DNA of 64,000 nucleotides, from assembly GCF_006345805.1 (NCBI RefSeq), contig NC_043016.1, positions 25,420,001 through 25,484,000 on the forward strand, written 5' to 3'. Positions 51,896 to 64,000 of this stretch are shown here, piece after piece (the stretch's first letter is position 1; the number at the start of each line of letters is the position of its first letter). The notes beneath the pieces were generated by a model that ran no database searches, had not been told where the DNA came from, and worked only from the letters and a program-made list of their open reading frames with translations. A program made the translations under genes and the position numbers. This stretch comes from Octopus sinensis. Taxonomy: Eukaryota.

Positions 51896-53230
51896 ATTTA
51901 CATTCGGTGCATTGATCACAGAATATATTTAAAAAACAAAAACAAAACAAAAAGATGAAAATGCATTATCAATGCTTTATTTAGCTTACATATGTTTTGA
52001 ATGGCTTGGTATCATGCAAGAGCTGCACATTGCAGTGCATATATTTGATTGATCCTTCATTTGATTGATTAAATTGATTAAATTGTCAGTAGTTTACCAA
52101 GTTACTCTTTTCAATGTCAGAATGCTTCTGCTAGAGGTTTACAAGCAATAAATTCCAGACCACTGTCTCCATTTTATAGCCCAGTGTCTGTGTCATAAGC
52201 AAGGTGGGTATCTTTATAAGATGTCCTTAGTTTAATGACAGCCAGCAGTTATATATCTTGTCAAGATAGAATTGTAATTTAATCTGTGATGTTGTTAAAT
52301 ACAACTTAATAGTAAAAGACAGATTGAATTTACTAGAACCAGAAAAGAAAATCAATGCATATTAATTATGTTTTAGACCATTGGATGGGGTTGATATTAA
52401 ATAAAAATACATTGCATAAAATATATTTGTAAAAATACGAAAAATTAAAAAGTAAAATACACCATCTGTACACACTCTCACACACATATGCATGCAGTGT
52501 TTAAATGCTTATATATATATATACACACACACATCTCTCTGTCACTCTCTCTCTATATAGATTTATATATACATATATGCAAATACATACATACATACAT
52601 ACATACATACATACATACATACATACATACTTATATGTCTGCATACACACTCTTACGCATCATGATATATATATCTATAGTGACTTTGGAAAATGTTTAA
52701 GGAAAGGAGTACCAAAAATTTAATGAAAGGACAAAATAAAGTCAGGGAAATAGAATCATTAAAATATGATACAGTGACTAAACAACTGTCCATTGTATTA
52801 CAACATCGTAAGTTGCTTTACTATGCTGTAATAAGGCAACTTAGATGATAGCATTAATACATTTATATGTATCAGAGTATCCTAATTAAGTAGTATATTT
52901 ATTTGGAATAACTTGGAAAATTCTTCTATATTAATGAGCAGTGTAATATTAATTTGTTACTCTTTTTTATTAGGTTAGAGCTGTATTTCAGAATTGATAG
53001 CATCTTCTCAAGGCACAAATTACACTTAACATTCCATACATTATATGATAGGATATTACCTATTACCGACCATTCAACAGAGTAGCTAATATCATTGTGA
53101 TTGAGGCTCCAAATAAACTTGCTTAATGATGTGACATTTTCTTTTCTCTTGTATTTAAATGAAGACTTGTGATTATATAATCTATATTTAAAGTTTGTTG
53201 TGCAGAATAATAATAATAATAATAATGATA

Positions 53231-53283
<53 letters not shown>

Positions 53284-53379
53284 TTTTTTTATGTGTGTAT
53301 TGTTAAAGAGCATTATAAATTATATATTTTTCTTAGGTATCAAGTATATTTGTAGCTATCTGAGTTCCAAATGGAGCAT

Positions 53380-54045
53380 TTAACTTGGCAACCTGTCTGT
53401 TACATGCTCTGTTTTCTGGGATTGAAATTACAGTTAATACTGTTAGGTCTATTGCTTTGTACATCATCATTGCGAAGAGAAGAACATTCATCTCCTGAAT
53501 TGGAATCTCTTTTATTATTTCTGTTTTTGTTATTATTAAAATTTGTTGGCTGCTTATTTGCTAAAATGGTCTGATTAATTCTACGTCTAGTCACTGTGGT
53601 CACACACTACATGCACTCTTTGTTCTTCTATTTAGGTTTCTTAATTATAACCTGATACACTTACTGTTCTGCATTTCCTTTTACCAATAATTTTCATCTT
53701 ACTATCAAATGCTTTATCACATACCTTAATATCTTTATTTCTCTTACTACCATGGTCATCAGTCATCTGTTTATGTAATTCCATGTCCTTCTGTGCCTTC
53801 TTAATATTCATATCAGGAAAACATTGAATTTTCTCAGTGTAACCATCCTTAGTTAAAGCCAAATTATAGTATGTTTCATTTTGTCTAAAAACTTCCTCAT
53901 TTGCCAAAAGTCAAGTAATTCTAAGCGAAATGCCCCTTATTATTGAATTGATAATTGCTTTTGAGTGGTTTTATCTTCTACTCACACACTGGATGTTTGA
54001 AATGGGTTTGTGTTATGAATGACAGAGTCCAGTACTACTCCTAAT
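53380..54045 (-). mobile_element. Penelope-like element RT C-terminal remnant
   Basis: NHSKAIINSIIRGISLRI..LANEEVFRQNETYYNLALTKDGYTEKI. Confidence 0.7.
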
Positions 54046-54088
54046 CTTTGGAAATCAATGATGATGACAATGACAATGATGATGGTGG

Positions 54089-54143
<55 letters not shown>

Positions 54144-54199
54144 ATTAATGATGTTGATGATGGTGATAACAATGATGGTGGTGGCAGTGATGATGGTAT

Positions 54200-54232
<33 letters not shown>

Positions 54233-54714
54233 TGGTGCATAAAGAGGAAGATGATTTTGTTTCATATTAATTTGCATAATTCTTATCTTCCTTTCTTTCC
54301 AAAGGGCAGAGATTAGAGAAAACTTCTCCACCTTGTTAATTCTTTCTCTACATTATCTTTAGTGAATGACAGTCCCAACAACAATAACAACAACAATAAT
54401 TCTTACTAATTTTGGCACAAGGCCAGCAACTCTGGGGGGAGAAGGTGCAAGTCAGTTGCATCAACCCCTGGGTGTGCAACTGGTACTTATTTTATTGACC
54501 TTGAAATAAAGAAAGGCAAAGTTAACCTTGATGGAATTTGATCTCAGAACATAGAGAGAACATAATTCTGCATTCAAATTCTGCCATGGTTAACTTTGCC
54601 TTTCATTCTTTCGGGGTTAATAAAATAAGTACCAGTTATGCACTTGGGTGGATGAAATCTATTTACCTCCTCCCTTGAAATTGCTGGCCTTGTGCCAAAA
54701 TTTGAAACCAATAT

Positions 54715-55095
54715 TAAACCTAACTACAATTAAGTGAAATCCCTGGAGGGAAATTAACAGATTTTATTGTCAGGAATGTGGTACACAAGTGGATCTGAAT
54801 ATATAGTCTTCAATGATGTAATAGTAACAACATCACTGCTACTACCACTACCACCAACAACAATAATGATAACAGTTAATGATAACTACAGTTATCATTA
54901 ACAATAATGATAAATACAGTTAAGCGGAGACCCTGGAGGGGAATTAACAAATGTTATTGTCATGAATGTGATAATAGTGAATCCAAATGCAGCCTTCAGT
55001 GATATGATAATAACATTATTAATGTTTAACTTAAGTACAATTAGATCAAGTCCCTGGAGGGGAATTAGCTTGTTTTTGTCAAAAATATGGTGTTG
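54715..55095. repeat. Three degenerate ~110-bp direct repeats (ccctggagggRaatta core)
   Basis: Cores near 54741, 54930 and 55052. Confidence 0.75.
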
Positions 55096-55549
55096 AGGTT
55101 TCACAGAATTAATGTGTCTAAAAAGGAACAGGTCTAATAAATGGAAATAATGTTTGAAACATGAGAAAAAGATACTTTTAGAACAGATTGGAATTAAAAT
55201 AACAGATGTTGTTTTTAATAATAAATGTAGTAGCATACCTTGGTAACAACTGATATAATTGTAGCATGAACCTGAAGTTCACAGAGCAATACCAAAACTG
55301 TGCCTAGATAAAGGTGCCAAGACAAAGGGCATGACATTGAAGTGGAGTCCAAGTTGTTGGAGTAAAATGCACCTTAAATGTGTATGCTATGAAGAACTTG
55401 AAAAATTAAGTGAAATCTACAATGAAAACCAACATCAACAATGACAAAAAGAACAAGAATATTACCAGCCAACACACTGGAGAACAGCAAAGAAAATATC
55501 TTTAGACCCAGTATATCACAAATAGTTGGTCCTCCGATCCTCTAACAGT

Positions 55550-55907
55550 GGAAGCACTCTGTCGGTTATGACGACGAGGGTTCCTGCTCATGAAATTAAC
55601 GTGTAAGTGGCTGAGCACTCCACAGACACGTGTACCCTTAACGTAGTTCTCGGGGATATTCAGTGTGACACAGAGAGTGACAAGGCCGGCCCTTTGAAAT
55701 ACAGGTACAACAGAAACAGGAAGTAAGAGTGAGAGAAAGTTGTGGTGAAAGAGTACAGCAGGGATCACCACCATCCCCTGCCGGAGCCTTGTAGAGCTTT
55801 AGGTGTTTTCGCTTAATAAACACTCACAACGCCTGGTCTGGGAATCGAAACCGCGATCCTATGACCGCGAGTCCGCTGCCCTAACCACTGGGCCATTGCA
55901 CCTCCAC
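55550..55907 (-). mobile_element. tRNA-derived (Arg-like) SINE with 11-bp TSD
   Basis: Head tggcccagtggttaggg...ggtttcgattccc; TSD cctctaacagt at 55539-55549 and 55908-55918. Confidence 0.9.
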
Positions 55908-56189
55908 CCTCTAACAGTACTGACCTGTTGTTCTACATCTTCATTATGCAATGAGGAAGGAGTCCTTACAAATGAAAATATGAAGGGGAAAAAGAGATGG
56001 AAAATCACACAACAAAGAAAGACTTTATGTAAAATAATGAAAGCAGGTGAGGAGGGACAATTTCTTCTAAATTTCAATGTAATTCCTCCTCATATAAAAT
56101 AACACAAGTATACAGAGGGTGAAGATGAACTGAGATTTCTTGTTCTTCAAAAATTAAACAAACAATAAAGAAAGTTATGCATTTCTAGT

Positions 56190-56301
<112 letters not shown>

Positions 56302-56379
56302 AATTAGGCCTTTCTTCACCGTCATAGTTCACCTCAATCTGCACGTATACCCCACAGCTCCATAATAAATCTACCAACT

Positions 56380-58650
56380 TGTAAATAAAGTAAAAACCAT
56401 GAACACATGAAACCCCAAAATATTGCTGCTATTCTCAATGTAATAGACTATACATGTGCAGTGACTGCAACTTCACTCATTTACCTGGCATGTTAATACG
56501 AGCAATACTAGCCAATGCCAAAGCACACATCTTTACAACACCACCATCATCACTAAATACTAAATCACACTAAAACACTTCAACATGTGTAATCCGGAAT
56601 CTTAAAATCTATTGCTTTTCCCAACACAAAAAGATTATGTCTGAAGCGTGACTGTCTTTTCACTCATCTTCCGGGGACTTGATGCACTGTTAAAAGCGTA
56701 ACTCCAAGCCACCACCATATTCACAGTAGAAACGTCCCTTGCAGTAGCAGTACTGGTCCAGTCTTTCACTGAAATTTAAAAGTCACCCAGATATCCGCTG
56801 AGTGCAATAGTAAAATCAACATCTACAAACCATATTACTATAGCAATAGTCAACAGTGCAACCATAGCAACTCAAGACAACAACCCCTCCCAGAACATGA
56901 AAATTCTTTTTTAGCCATGATGAATCTAACAAAAAAGATTTTTAAAAAATCCTTTTAGTTCTCACATAACTCTAACCACTGCTGTTACCCCAGTGCACAA
57001 TCACATACCATTGCTGTCATTAAACCACAAACTGAACTCAGTAATAATGCAGAATGTACAAAATCTCTCACACTTCACAAATCGAACAAAAATATATCTT
57101 AGAGACCTTGCACACAGAGGAAAGACGATATGTGTAGCACTTAGTGAAATGCACCTGACCTCAGATATATTGGATGCAGAAGTACATATGTCAGGTTATG
57201 TTCTACACAGAATTGATCACAGGGTATGGAAACAAGGAGGAGTAGCACTCTTCATCTATGAAGAATAAATAACAAATGTCCTTCCCTCCTAGTCCAACAT
57301 AATGTGTGATACTAATAATGCATGTGACCAACCTCTGTTTGATCATAGGCATTACCTACCATCCTCCTGACATAGCTAACCATGGTGATTGCTTCAGAGA
57401 TGCTTTGTCACTCATAAGTTGTTGTGTGAGGACACCCCTCGAGTGAGAGAAGTAGGCTATTCCACTACAAATAAATAGTGGACAGATACAAGTGATGTCA
57501 GTCAGCACGGTATGCCGTTAGGGCCAGTCATGCAGATGATGAAGTACATTGTTAAAATGTGGGACATATTAGTATCAATCAAGACACAGGATAAGTCAAA
57601 ACCCAAATGATGCCAGTCCACAGGCCAATGTCTTTTAAAAGGGGACCTTAATTTCGCCAGTCTCAGCTGGCCCAAAGGCTATATCCAGAGAACTAAACAA
57701 CTGAACAGGAATAATGTGAATGCTCTCCTCAACACCACTAAAGATTTTCTAATGCAACAAATTACTACCTGTCCAACTAGGGGAAATAACATACTCAACC
57801 TATTCTGTACCACAAATACAGATTTCATTCAAAATGCTCTGGTCATTTTCACAGCTATTGCTGACCACAACATAGTACAATTATCTGTATTTGGTGCAAA
57901 GAGGACAACACACACAAATAACATTAAACATAACTCACTCCTCCTCATGAACTTGAATTTCAGGAAGTGGAAGGAAATTGAAATTGAAATCCTCAAAAGA
58001 AACTGGTCTCAGAATATTGGCAACCTCAGTGTTAACGAGGGAATGAAGTTTCTACACAAAGAATCAATCAGGATCTGCTGAAAGCATACACCATATAAAT
58101 ATGACTACTCTCCCAAGAACTTGGTTCCATGAGATAGATAGATACTAATGCATAACAGAACCAAATTAACAAAACAACTAGAAGACCAAACTCTTTCAAC
58201 AGATGAAACTGAGAAAAAAAAAGTAAAGAAAAGAAAAGAAAGGACATCAAACTGGACCTAAAACTATCGTTTGGAAAAGAAACTTTGTTAGGGAAACACT
58301 GGGTAGTGGAAAATATAAAATCTATTTCTAAGTTCTTTTTTTCCATTTTGCTAAGCAAAAATCTGCTACACATAACCAGATTGGCCTGTTATTGGATCAA
58401 AATGGATTATACACCAATGACTCATTACAAATATGCATGCTCTTGAGCCAACAATATAACAATGCATTTTCCCAGCCTATTGTTAACAAAATAGTACACA
58501 TGCCAAATGAATTCTTTGATCCCCAGAACTCATCTGGAGGATGATATGTTTATGTCTATTAAAGACCTAAATTCAAACTCATTCAAACTAGGTTCAAACA
58601 GCATCTGGACCAGATAGTCTCACAGTCATACTGTTAAATATGTGCAAATA
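56380..58650 (+). mobile_element. CR1/L2-group LINE remnant (ORF1 CCCH-like motifs plus ORF2 APE endonuclease)
   Basis: NVQNL, ALSEMHL, GYVLHRID..GGVALF, GDLNF..W, PTRGNNILNL, DHNIV; many stops. Confidence 0.8.
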
Positions 58651-58689
58651 GTTTTCTCTCTCACACCAATCTGTCCAAGAGTCTAGTGC

Positions 58690-61305
58690 GTGTTTTTTAT
58701 GTGCTGCCAAAACGGTTGCCAATGACCATTATGGCCTCACTTGGCTTGACAGGTTTTTCACAAGCATGGTATATCACCGAAGGTCTCGGTCACCAGTCAC
58801 TGCCTCCATGTGGCCTAATGCTCGAATGGTGATTCTTAGGTGCCACTGGCATGGATGCCAGTCAGATGGCATTGGCATTTGCCATGACTACGATTTCACT
58901 TGGATCTACAGCTCTTCACAAGCACAGCATATCACCCAACGATTGAAGGGTACTTTCAACAAGCCAGTTACATAACACTGGCATTGACCACGACTGTGAT
59001 TTCACTTGGCTTGATGTCACTAATTCCTTGAGGCCCAATGTTTGAATAGTGCTTTTTACATGCCACTGGCATGGGTGCCAGTCAGACAGCATTGGCATTG
59101 GCCATGACTATGATTTCACTTGGGTTGACAGGTTTTTCACAAGCGCAGCATATCACTCAATGATTGAAGGGTGCTTTTAACAGGCCAGTTATGTGACACT
59201 GGCATCGGCCCTGACTACAATCACACTTGGCTTGAGGTATTGAGCTCAAGCACAGCATATTCCCAGAGGTTTCAGTCATTTGTCATTGCCTCTGTGAGGC
59301 CCAACATTCAAAGATTGTTCTGCACCACCTCATCCCATGTCTTCCTGGGTCTACCTCTTCCACAGGTTCTCTTCACCTTTAGAGTGCAACACTTATTTAT
59401 ACAGCTGTCTTCATCCATACACATCACATGACCATACCAGTCATCTTTCTTGCACACCACATCATCTGATGCTTCTTATGTCCAACTTTTTTTTTACAGG
59501 ATGCTTACACTCTGTCCTGCATGCACACTGACACTACACATCCAGCAGAGCATACTAGTTTCATTTCTTACAAGCCTACGCATGTTCTCAGCACTCACAG
59601 CCCATGTTTCACAGCATGTAGCATGGCTGTTCACACACAGGCATCATTCAGTCTGCCTTTCACTCTCAGCAAGAGGCTCTTTGTTACCAACAGAGGTAGG
59701 AACTTTGCCCAGCCTATTCTTATTCTAGCAGCTATGCACTTAGAGCATCCACCTCTGCAACTGACTTGGTCACCTAAGTAACGGAAGCTATTGACTACTT
59801 CTAGTTTTTTCCACTGGCATATGTTGGTTGTTCCTTCTTGAGCCATGTCTGGCTCATAAGGGCTGGTTTCTCAGTCTCCTTGCTGTATAGGTTCCCCACC
59901 TGGATGGGATGCTGGTTCATCACAGGTGAGCTGCTAGATGCAAGAGGAAAGAGTGAGAGAAAGTTATGGTGAAAGAGTCAGCAGAAGTTTGCCATTACCT
60001 TCTGCTGGAGCCATGTGGAGCTTAGGTGTTTCGATCATAAACACACACATTGCTTGGTCTAAGATTCAAACCCATGAGTCTGCTGCTCTAACCACTAGGC
60101 CATGTCGCTCCACACACATCGCTCAGTCTGAGATTCGAACCTGCAATCCCTTGACCACAAGTCCACTGCTCTAACCACTGGGCCATGTGCCTCTGCTGGC
60201 ATGTAATGGAATCTATTTTTCCGTACATTTTTGGTGTTTATTGTACCTGTGCACCTTCCACACCCAAAACTATCTTCCCTGTTAACCTTCCTCTCATATT
60301 GCTACGCATTTTATGTGTCCAAAGCTTACACTAGGTACATCTTATGGAGTTCCTACCTACGTCTTTTCTACAGATTGAGTAGGGCCATCTACCTGGAGGG
60401 ATTTGAGATTTGTCTGCCTTCCTACTTACAAAGACTTTGGTTTTTGCTAGGTTTACTCTAAGGCCCTTTGATTCTAAACCTTGCTTTCACACCTGAAACT
60501 TCATCTCTAGTTCTGGTAGTGATTCAGCTATTAGAGCAAGGTCATCAGCACAAAGGAGCTACCAAGGGCAGCCTGTTCTTGATGGAATTCCTCTGTTATT
60601 GCCTGGAGGACTATGATGAACAAGAGGGGGCTGAGGACTGATCCTTGGTGAACCTCTACTTGTACCCTGAATTCTTTGCTATACTCATTGCCAACCCACA
60701 TCTTACTGACAGCATCCCCCATACATGGCTTGTATAGCTCTCACCAACCACTCATCTATCCTTAGTTTCCACATTGACCATCAGATAAAGAATTGAGGAA
60801 TGTCAACAAAAGCCAAACACAGAGGTTTATCTTTGGCTAGGTATTTCTCCTGCAACTGTCTTACTAGAAATATAACATCAGTAGTATTTCTCCCTGACAC
60901 AAACCCAAACTGCATCTCCACCAGGCTAACTTTCTCCCTAATTAGTTGGGCTATGACCCTTTCTGTGACCTTCATCACCTGATCCAACAATTTGATACCT
61001 CTGTAATTATTTCTATCTAAGGCAACACCAGTCACAAAGGTATGACTCCTTTGTGTATTACCTGATTAACTATATGGGTGACTAGACTATAGCCTACACC
61101 ATCAAATATTTTAAGCATCTCAGCAGTGATTCTGATGGCCTTAGGGCTTTCCTTGTTTTCACATCCTTAACTGTTTATCTACCAAGGTACTCTCAATTTG
61201 GACAGCTGATCCCTCTGTTGGGTCAACATTTGGCAGACTCTCTTTCTCCCATTCATTCTTTTCATTTAGCAACCTTTCACAGTGGCATCTCCAAGTATCT
61301 TTCTT
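58690..61305 (-). mobile_element. RTE LINE, older degenerate copy (RT region plus 3' UTR), interrupted by a SINE
   Basis: NYRGIKLL, QFGFVSGR, LAFVD, VHQGSVLSPLLF and FRYLG; same family as 4764-6870. Confidence 0.9.
59822..60195 (-). mobile_element. tRNA-derived SINE with duplicated head
   Basis: Two ctctaaccactRggccatgt heads; body shared with 55550-55907; ctggcat direct repeats flank it. Confidence 0.8.
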
Positions 61306-62376
61306 TGGAGATGTTTTTCCAAAATGTAGAAGTATTTCTTTGCATTTCATTTTTATTTTATTTTAATTATCATTAATATATTTGTTTTTAAGTTATTTCA
61401 AAAGTGAAACCATAATTGATTAAATATGCTGCCATATAAAAGAATCTTCGTATGCTAATGTAAAATCGGAATTATGGGTAAAATACCTCCTACATGATGC
61501 TTTCATTAGCACATTCTTTTTCTTTTTGCTAAACATTACTTTCCAAAATTTATTTAAAATTCATTCATGAGTTAAAAAATTAATGAGGAAATAAAGAATA
61601 AGTCTCTTGTACGATAATTCCATCATAATAAGTAAAGAACACACAGCTATAGATAATTATTATCCAAAATTGAATGCTCCAAAGTCATTGACCAATCATA
61701 GAAAAAGCCTGGCAACATGGAGAAAAGGTAACAAATCGCAATACACTGTAAATGACTTCTTCCAATTTTTGCTGCAATAAGGCAAATTCTTCTTACTTTC
61801 TACACAGAAACAATCAATACTATTACAGAAAGAATTTATAAGGAATTTTCTTCAGCTTCTTTGAAATTTGTTCTTTAAATATATAATTTCAAAATCAAGT
61901 ATTTTTTTCTCTTTTTAAGTTTGTTTGCCACGATCATTTATTTTAATTAACAAATTCTCTTATCATAAAATGCCATTTTTCCATTTTCCTCAAACTCATT
62001 TGCTATATTACAACATATGAACTTAATTCTCAGATGTTTTGTAATGTCAGATTTTTCTAACAGAAACAAATCTTTAACTTAATTTCTGAAAATCTAATCT
62101 AAATGATAATACATAAAATAGAATGGTTCTTCTGTCAGTTGCAACAATACAAACATCACAATGATGTCTAGAATTCATTCAAATATGTGTTATTCACCCA
62201 GCCATTTCACTTTTGCAGCATGAGCCATGGGTCAGCATCTCCAAAATGCTATACTGCATGTATCTCAGAGAAACGATGAATGTAGTAGAAATTCAAAACT
62301 AATGGAAACATTGACAACAGAAGCAATGATTGCAGCAGCAGCAGCAGCAACAACAACAACAACAACCACAACAACA

Positions 62377-62480
62377 AGCGTACTCAGAGAGTGCAAACCT
62401 TCACCAATGCAACACCAACATCCTCTCAATGATTAACTGGAGATGATTTTTAAAATGAGAATATATGAAATAAAATCCTT
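62377..62480 (-). mobile_element. 3' end of the Helentron/DINE-like element
   Basis: Reverse complement of 27685-27786. Confidence 0.65.
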
Positions 62481-62572
62481 ACATTGAATATCATGAGACA
62501 TTTTGGTTTTCTCTTCTCTTAAATTCCAGTCTTCCTTTAGTAATCCTGTTGTTTTAGATCGATGTATAGAAT

Positions 62573-62613
<41 letters not shown>

Positions 62614-62682
62614 ACTTTAAAGTGTTAAAATGTATGTATAATTTCCTAATATAATAATGAGCGTTGTCTTTTTATATATTTG

Positions 62683-62731
<49 letters not shown>

Positions 62732-63409
62732 ATAGTGCTGGAGTGAGAGGTGAAGGTAGATATAAGATGTATTTCATTGGCCGTTTCTGGAGTCTGTTTG
62801 TCTACAAGGTATGAATCCTTTAATTGCATACTGACAATGTCCCCTACATCAAGGAAATAAGGAAATAGATAGCAAGGTTCAAAGAAATATAAGAGAAAGG
62901 AAAATTTAAGGTTACATTACATTGGTTGACAGCTACTGTATCAGATACCAACCACTTTTACAATAATTCACACTTACATATTTAAAGAAATTTTTAGTGT
63001 AGGATGATGGGAGATTGAAAAATATTTTCGGGTTAGGCCATCGAAATATATCTCACATGGTACTGAATTTTTCTGAAATATATGGATAGTTTATCCTGTT
63101 CATGCTACTGTATTAGCATTTTCAAGCATTTGAGAATAAATTATTCCTGTATCTTTCAATATATCTCAACGCTTCTAAAGCAAACTTTGTTTGTTTACTT
63201 TCATTGTAAGTTGAATGTATATATATATATATATATCCTTTCAAAATATGACCTCGTGTGTACCGTTGGCGATTTTTTTCCTCTGTCTTCCCTTCTCGGA
63301 TCTTTCCTTCTCCTATGTTTCCGACAAAGATCTCCGCTCGAAACACGCTAAACACTCCTTCTTCCCTTCTTTGTCCATGTCCTCGCATTGTTGTGTTTTT
63401 TTGTGTTTT

Positions 63410-63420
63410 CTTATATATAT

Positions 63421-63454
<34 letters not shown>

Positions 63455-63501
63455 CTTATTATATATATATATATACTTATATACATACATACATATATAT
63501 A

Positions 63502-63562
<61 letters not shown>
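63410..63562. repeat. (TA)n microsatellite
   Basis: Direct reading. Confidence 0.95.
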
Positions 63563-63567
<5 letters not shown>

Positions 63568-64000
63568 ATTTCAGAATGGTCATTTTGCCAGTTTAGCCAA
63601 TAAAAACACATGCACTATATATTTGGTGTTACTTTGCTTCGGCGTTATTATTTTTTACATTAATCTTAATCTTATTTCAGCCAGAGTTCTTTCATCACAC
63701 TCCTGTGACTGCATCAGTGGTCCTTTGCTTTCTTCTTTCTTATTTGTGTCTCTCCTTACTAACCGTCAGCCATTTTGTATTTCTATTGTATGGGTCTTCA
63801 TTTGCGCATGCGTATATCTCTGAGCCCCCAAGAGGTGGTGTGACTACTTCAGTAAGTGTTGCTGGCCATTCCCCATACAATGCCATTGTGGTCATCACTG
63901 CAGAGTGTAGCTGAGCACAGCACTTGTCTCAAAAGGGTTATGTGGTTCACTGCCTCTCTCACTCCATCTTCTGCTGCTTTGTCCACCCCCATTCTTTCCC

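Overview
AT-rich, microsatellite-saturated eukaryotic (animal) DNA with one 100-N assembly gap. The repeat content resembles coleoid cephalopod (Octopus-like) genomes; this is an inference. No intact host gene, rRNA or complete tRNA is supportable, and nearly all listed ORFs are translations of (TA)n/(CA)n/trinucleotide repeats or SINEs. The window is a mosaic of transposable elements: (i) several tRNA-headed SINE families, called A, B and tRNA-Arg/CORE-like here; (ii) RTE-clade LINE fragments with a C4HC3 PHD-like finger inside the RT region and a tandem stem-loop 3' UTR ending in (GAT)n; (iii) fragments of an R4/Dong-type RLE retrotransposon and of CR1-like, L1/Tx1-like, Gypsy and three Penelope-like (PLE) elements; (iv) a Tc1/mariner remnant, hAT-, Merlin- and piggyBac-like MITEs and a Helentron/DINE-like element. 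The most notable signal is a set of at least five unrelated short inverted-repeat or palindromic elements carrying minimal type-I hammerhead ribozyme motifs. These include U3-A8 and G3-C8 covariant cores and one element that couples a tRNA-derived Pol III head to a hammerhead, suggesting retrozyme-like, PLE-dependent non-autonomous elements. Most element boundaries are approximate (about +/-10-20 bp).
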